From: a virus
Taxonomy: Duplodnaviria; Heunggongvirae; Uroviricota; Caudoviricetes
Reading direction: 5' to 3' (one strand)
IMG/VR virus record: IMGVR_UViG_3300028832_000003
Span: 64,001 to 128,000 of that record
DNA length: 64,000 bases
Shown one piece after another: positions 60,346 through 64,000 of the stretch (within the stretch, counting starts at the first letter, position 1; the number at the start of each line of letters is the position of its first letter). The notes beneath the pieces were generated by a model. It saw nothing but the letters and a program-made list of their open reading frames with translations. It was not told the origin of the DNA and searched no databases. A program made the position numbers and the translations under genes.

Positions 60346-60573
60346 ATGATAGACAAACACGAAATTGAGGCATTTGAGTGGTACTATACCACTCGCAGAC
60401 GCAAGGAAAAGGCAAAGGTAGTGTACTTCCTTGTGCAGAAACTGTTGGGACTGTTAATGATCGGCTGTGCCGTTGTATGTTGGGTATATCTTCAGGAGTA
60501 CACGGCAAGCACGATCTTTTTCGTTCCATTGGGACTTTGCCTTGTGTTCACAAGGGAACGTATTATCAAGTGA
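60346..60573 (+). CDS. Small two-TM membrane protein
   Basis: QKLLGLLMIG...FFVPLGLCLVFTRE. Confidence 0.7.
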   Translation: MIDKHEIEAFEWYYTTRRRKEKAKVVYFLVQKLLGLLMIGCAVVCWVYLQEYTASTIFFVPLGLCLVFTRERIIK

Positions 60574-60585
60574 GGGGGTGAAGTT

Positions 60586-60771
60586 ATGGGAATTTCATAC
60601 GGAAAGACGCTCTTTGGAGACAAATGGTACATCGAGGGTTGTGGTTTTTATTGGCAGTATGACACCGAGGAAGAAATGCAAGCCAATCTTGAAAAGGCAA
60701 AGCAAAAGCATTTTCGTAACTTAGAGGCACGCAACATCGTGATCAATATGCTTTTAGCATACAGATATTAG
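60586..60771 (+). CDS. Early hypothetical protein
   Basis: 61 aa, GGGGGTG RBS. Confidence 0.6.
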   Translation: MGISYGKTLFGDKWYIEGCGFYWQYDTEEEMQANLEKAKQKHFRNLEARNIVINMLLAYRY

Positions 60772-60846
60772 AATGGAAAATAGGTAGTCAACAATTAACG
60801 GGACGAAAGTACCCGTTATTTTTATACAAGAAAGGAGAATAAAACC

Positions 60847-61221
60847 ATGAGAGAGAAACAAGTTTTGTTACAAGTTGGTCGCTACGCACTCGTAGTAATG
60901 GAAGGCACTTTCATTACTGACTACGTCGTAGCTTGTGGGTACAACCCCGAAACGCAGAGTTGGGGACAGGGATTGTATTACTCCGCAGATGCAAACGATG
61001 CCGAGGACAAGGCATATTGCCTTAAGAATGCAGCGGAATGTCTCTACCGAAAGGTAGATGAAAATTACATTCCTCGTGCAAGACTTGAAGAGTTGGCAAC
61101 GAATTTCAAGGACAACATCGTCGAAGCCCTTGAATATAATGCAGAGGATTTTGAGATGATGTTTGACATGGATGCAAACGAGATTGAGTACTTCGGGCTA
61201 AACGAAATAGCATTTCAATAG
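60847..61221 (+). CDS. Early hypothetical protein
   Basis: YVVACGYNP..SWGQGLY; AAAGGAG RBS. Confidence 0.7.
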   Translation: MREKQVLLQVGRYALVVMEGTFITDYVVACGYNPETQSWGQGLYYSADANDAEDKAYCLKNAAECLYRKVDENYIPRARLEELATNFKDNIVEALEYNAEDFEMMFDMDANEIEYFGLNEIAFQ

Positions 61222-61235
61222 GGAAAGGAGAACAT

Positions 61236-61871
61236 ATGGTAAAGATAAAGATTAACCACGAGGGAATTGTTGATTGGGCAGAACTTGAGGACGTTGTTGA
61301 CTTAAACAACGTCGTAATAACCGGCAATAGGCAATTCATTCCACGAGAGGACGCTCCTTGGTGGACGGAAGCCAAAGAGTACATCCGTGACATGGATTGC
61401 TACGGAACTGACGAAGAAGATTTTGTTTGGTATGACAACAACTGGAATAAGTTGACGGACGAACAGAGAAAGGCAATTATCAAGGAATATGACGAGTGCA
61501 GTTCGTCTGAAAATATTTATTTCATCGCATCTATTGCAAGGATCATCCACCCTGAACTCCCGTTAAGGGAACGAGTAATCCGTGGTTACTGTCAGTCCGA
61601 TTGGAACGACGTAATCTATGAAGAGGACAAGGTGAACATTGACCTCTTAGAAGCCGTGTACTTTGGCAATATTACAGAACTCATCATCGAGGACGACGAG
61701 GAAGACGGTTATTATGATTGGATTCCCGACTACGAACTGTGGGAAATCGAAAGGAACGGAAACCTCACGGAGTTTTTCCGCAAGAGATATGGATATGGTG
61801 ACGGAGAGGAAATAGAAATCTACGAAAGCAACGGAGTTATTAAAACCGTCGCATGGAAAAAGGTAGGGTAG
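61236..61871 (+). CDS. Acidic early hypothetical protein
   Basis: 211 aa; IRGYCQSDW motif. Confidence 0.75.
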   Translation: MVKIKINHEGIVDWAELEDVVDLNNVVITGNRQFIPREDAPWWTEAKEYIRDMDCYGTDEEDFVWYDNNWNKLTDEQRKAIIKEYDECSSSENIYFIASIARIIHPELPLRERVIRGYCQSDWNDVIYEEDKVNIDLLEAVYFGNITELIIEDDEEDGYYDWIPDYELWEIERNGNLTEFFRKRYGYGDGEEIEIYESNGVIKTVAWKKVG

Positions 61872-61884
61872 AAAGGAGAAAGGC

Positions 61885-62262
61885 ATGAAAGATTATTTTG
61901 AAGTAAACGGCATTAAGGTGTGGAGATTTGACGAAAGCGAAATCGTCGGCAACATGAACTCCGTAACTTGCCACGGTTGCATTATGATGTTTGCCATTTG
62001 GCTGTTTGAACACCAATGGTACGTTGAAGATTACATTGTCGAAGAGGCTCTCGGAACGATTATGAATGACGTGTATGGAAACACGTCTGGAATTCGTTAC
62101 GGAAACAGAGTTGACTTCATGGAGAATTACAAGTTTGCTAACGGATTATACGGAAACCTTGAGTTTTCCAATCTGTACTACCACAAGAACGGCATCTGTT
62201 ATGCAAGGGTATACGACAAGGACACGGATACTTTCGTAGGATTCGTTGAAATCAACTGTTAA
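61885..62262 (+). CDS. Early hypothetical protein
   Basis: 125 aa, AAAGGAG RBS. Confidence 0.7.
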   Translation: MKDYFEVNGIKVWRFDESEIVGNMNSVTCHGCIMMFAIWLFEHQWYVEDYIVEEALGTIMNDVYGNTSGIRYGNRVDFMENYKFANGLYGNLEFSNLYYHKNGICYARVYDKDTDTFVGFVEINC

Positions 62263-62275
62263 GGGGGTGATTAAA

Positions 62276-62479
62276 ATGAAGAACCTTTTTGTAGGCTCAA
62301 AGCCTTGGCAGCAAGGCGGTTTTAGGGAACGGTATGCAATCGAACATTCCGTAAGGCCTGAAGTATGGCAAGACCACAGAGGGCATCAGATGTGGACGTT
62401 CTCTTACGGAACGGAAGATGAGTACCAAGATGCAAACGGAGCAACCTATGACGTAACGGAAGAGAGGTGGGTAAATTGA
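62276..62479 (+). CDS. Early hypothetical protein
   Basis: YQDANGATYD; GGGGGTG RBS. Confidence 0.65.
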   Translation: MKNLFVGSKPWQQGGFRERYAIEHSVRPEVWQDHRGHQMWTFSYGTEDEYQDANGATYDVTEERWVN

Positions 62480-62715
62480 CAAAGACGGAAAGAAACGTCA
62501 TTCACGACAATCTCCGAGCCTTTGAGCAGAACTTCGGAGAGGTTCGGATAGAAAAAGAGGACTACGGAAAAGGGTTTTACGTGTTCTATCCGACTGATGC
62601 AACTTCATGGATACAGTTCTGCTACGACGTTGACTACCTTAACGGTTGGTTATACGGAGTTGTACAGGGCGTTGTCCGTGGAGAGTTTAAGAAAGCGAGG
62701 GAAAATCATGACTAA
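62467..62715 (+). CDS. Early hypothetical protein
   Basis: YLNGWLYGVVQ motif. Confidence 0.65.
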   Translation: MGKLTKTERNVIHDNLRAFEQNFGEVRIEKEDYGKGFYVFYPTDATSWIQFCYDVDYLNGWLYGVVQGVVRGEFKKARENHD

Positions 62716-62956
62716 GGAACAGGCGGTACGAGACTTCGAGGAAATCTACGTTGACCTTTACTTGCAAAAGGCAGACTACTGGACTGCACAGCAAGCATGG
62801 TCGGCATACGTAGACAATCTGTGCAAGAACGGAGAGATAACGCAAAAGCAATACTCCACGTGGTCTACTCCGTTTGAGTACGGAAAGCACTTAAAGCCAA
62901 CTAGAAAACAGTTGGAAAAACAACTTGCATTAAGCAAATTATATGGCTGGAGGTGA
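62708..62956 (+). CDS. Early hypothetical protein
   Basis: WSAYVDNLCKNGEITQKQYSTW. Confidence 0.7.
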   Translation: MTKEQAVRDFEEIYVDLYLQKADYWTAQQAWSAYVDNLCKNGEITQKQYSTWSTPFEYGKHLKPTRKQLEKQLALSKLYGWR

Positions 62957-62960
62957 TTGA

Positions 62961-63389
62961 ATGAGGTGGTCAGACGAAAAATGGAAAGGCAAATGGGGCA
63001 GCCGTGAGTGGCTCATGGCTTGTCTGCAAGAGAACCTTGAGTTCTTAAAGGGGCAAGATCCCGAAAACGGTTACACTACGATAGCCCACTGTGGTCGTTA
63101 CGGAAACGATAATTGGGCAATCGTAATGGCATGGTGTGACATGGCAGATTGGTACGGAAAAGCTGACGTGGAGAACGGAGTTGTTCCCGCATGGGCATTG
63201 TGTGCAAAGGTTGCAAAACAGCCAATCAATTCTATCATGCAAGAATATGACATTGATTGGGATATGCCAATGAACAAGGACGGTGAGATTGACGACACGG
63301 AAGTTACCTTTGTTGACGAAACCGATTTCGGTTGGCTGATTGACCAATGGGAACGGTACAAGAGAGAGTTAGAGGAGGCATGGGCATGA
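62961..63389 (+). CDS. Early hypothetical protein
   Basis: WAIVMAW...MQEYDIDWDMP; GGAGG RBS. Confidence 0.7.
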   Translation: MRWSDEKWKGKWGSREWLMACLQENLEFLKGQDPENGYTTIAHCGRYGNDNWAIVMAWCDMADWYGKADVENGVVPAWALCAKVAKQPINSIMQEYDIDWDMPMNKDGEIDDTEVTFVDETDFGWLIDQWERYKRELEEAWA

Positions 63390-63775
63390 CATACGTAAAC
63401 TACGGAGATTACAATTTTCTCGATTATGGCGGTTGTCTTGTTGACAGCGATCATTCTGACACGGAGTTTAGAGTTCTTTATCTTCGTCCGTATGATGACG
63501 AAGAAGACTTTTATCAGTGTGCTGAACTGTACGTAGACATTGAGGACAAGTGGATTAACAAAAAAAGCGTCATGAGTTTCATCGGAATGACGGAAGAGAA
63601 TTTCGATCCAATTTGGTATGCAATCGGATGTATTGACTATTATGGGCCTGAAAATTTTGGAGCAGACGGAAGTTGGGGCTATCAAAAGGATTGGGAAAAT
63701 ATGACAAGAGAAGAAGTAAAGGATGCGCTACGGCACAGATGTATTGCAACTGACAACATTAACATTGAATGGTAA
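63386..63775 (+). CDS. Early hypothetical protein
   Basis: NYGDYNFLDYGG...YYGPENFG; GGAGG RBS. Confidence 0.7.
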   Translation: MTYVNYGDYNFLDYGGCLVDSDHSDTEFRVLYLRPYDDEEDFYQCAELYVDIEDKWINKKSVMSFIGMTEENFDPIWYAIGCIDYYGPENFGADGSWGYQKDWENMTREEVKDALRHRCIATDNINIEW

Positions 63776-63793
63776 ATGAAAGGAGAACAAAAC

Positions 63794-64000
63794 TATGATG
63801 AGAGCAAGCGATTATGTAATGGGACACGAAATGGAAATCAACGGAGAGGCGTTGGCACTGCAAGAGTTAAAGGACGATGCATTTGATGACGTACGAGCAT
63901 GGTTGGAAGACTTGGATGAATACACCTTGTATTGGTTACTCCACGAAATCAACGATGAGTTCTATCAAATGGATGATTTGAACGATGTGTATGACTGTCT
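63794..64000 (+). CDS. Early hypothetical protein (truncated by window end)
   Basis: AAAGGAG RBS, MMRASDY..., open to the edge. Confidence 0.6.

Noticed and set aside
1..64000. CRISPR array or stop-codon reassignment
   Set aside because: No regularly spaced repeats seen; gene breaks are explained by introns, and TAG/TGA act as normal stops.

Overview
This is a 64-kb segment of a large SPbeta-like (YonO-type RNA polymerase) tailed phage or prophage, probably of a Clostridia/Lachnospiraceae-type host (inferred), using the standard genetic code. Bases 1-53938 form a minus-strand block. It holds a >3100-aa tape measure protein, lysis genes, a cysteine desulfurase, tail/neck/capsid/portal genes and a terminase. 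It continues with three tRNAs, a TnpB element, a Q/N/G-rich gene cassette, fibre genes, a tyrosine recombinase, HU, ClpP, PhoH, a single-subunit RNA polymerase and a Rep-like protein. An AT-rich DnaA-box region (about 53940-55080) separates it from a divergent plus-strand early arm. Three group I introns split the major tail gene (1) and the terminase (2, each carrying a homing endonuclease). The most notable observations: (1) a transposase-less tnpB/omegaRNA cassette whose guide is the displaced original 3' end of the gene it sits in, while the cassette supplies a recoded replacement 3' end, suggesting RNA-guided homing; (2) about 1.4 kb of ORF-poor, hairpin-dense sequence with boxA-like elements and a tRNA-like 3' element, behind an orphan 219-aa gene; (3) a twister ribozyme; (4) extreme strand-biased ACGGAA enrichment in the early arm; (5) a JAB/MPN-like motif inside the tape measure protein. 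All calls come from manual reading; no searches were run.
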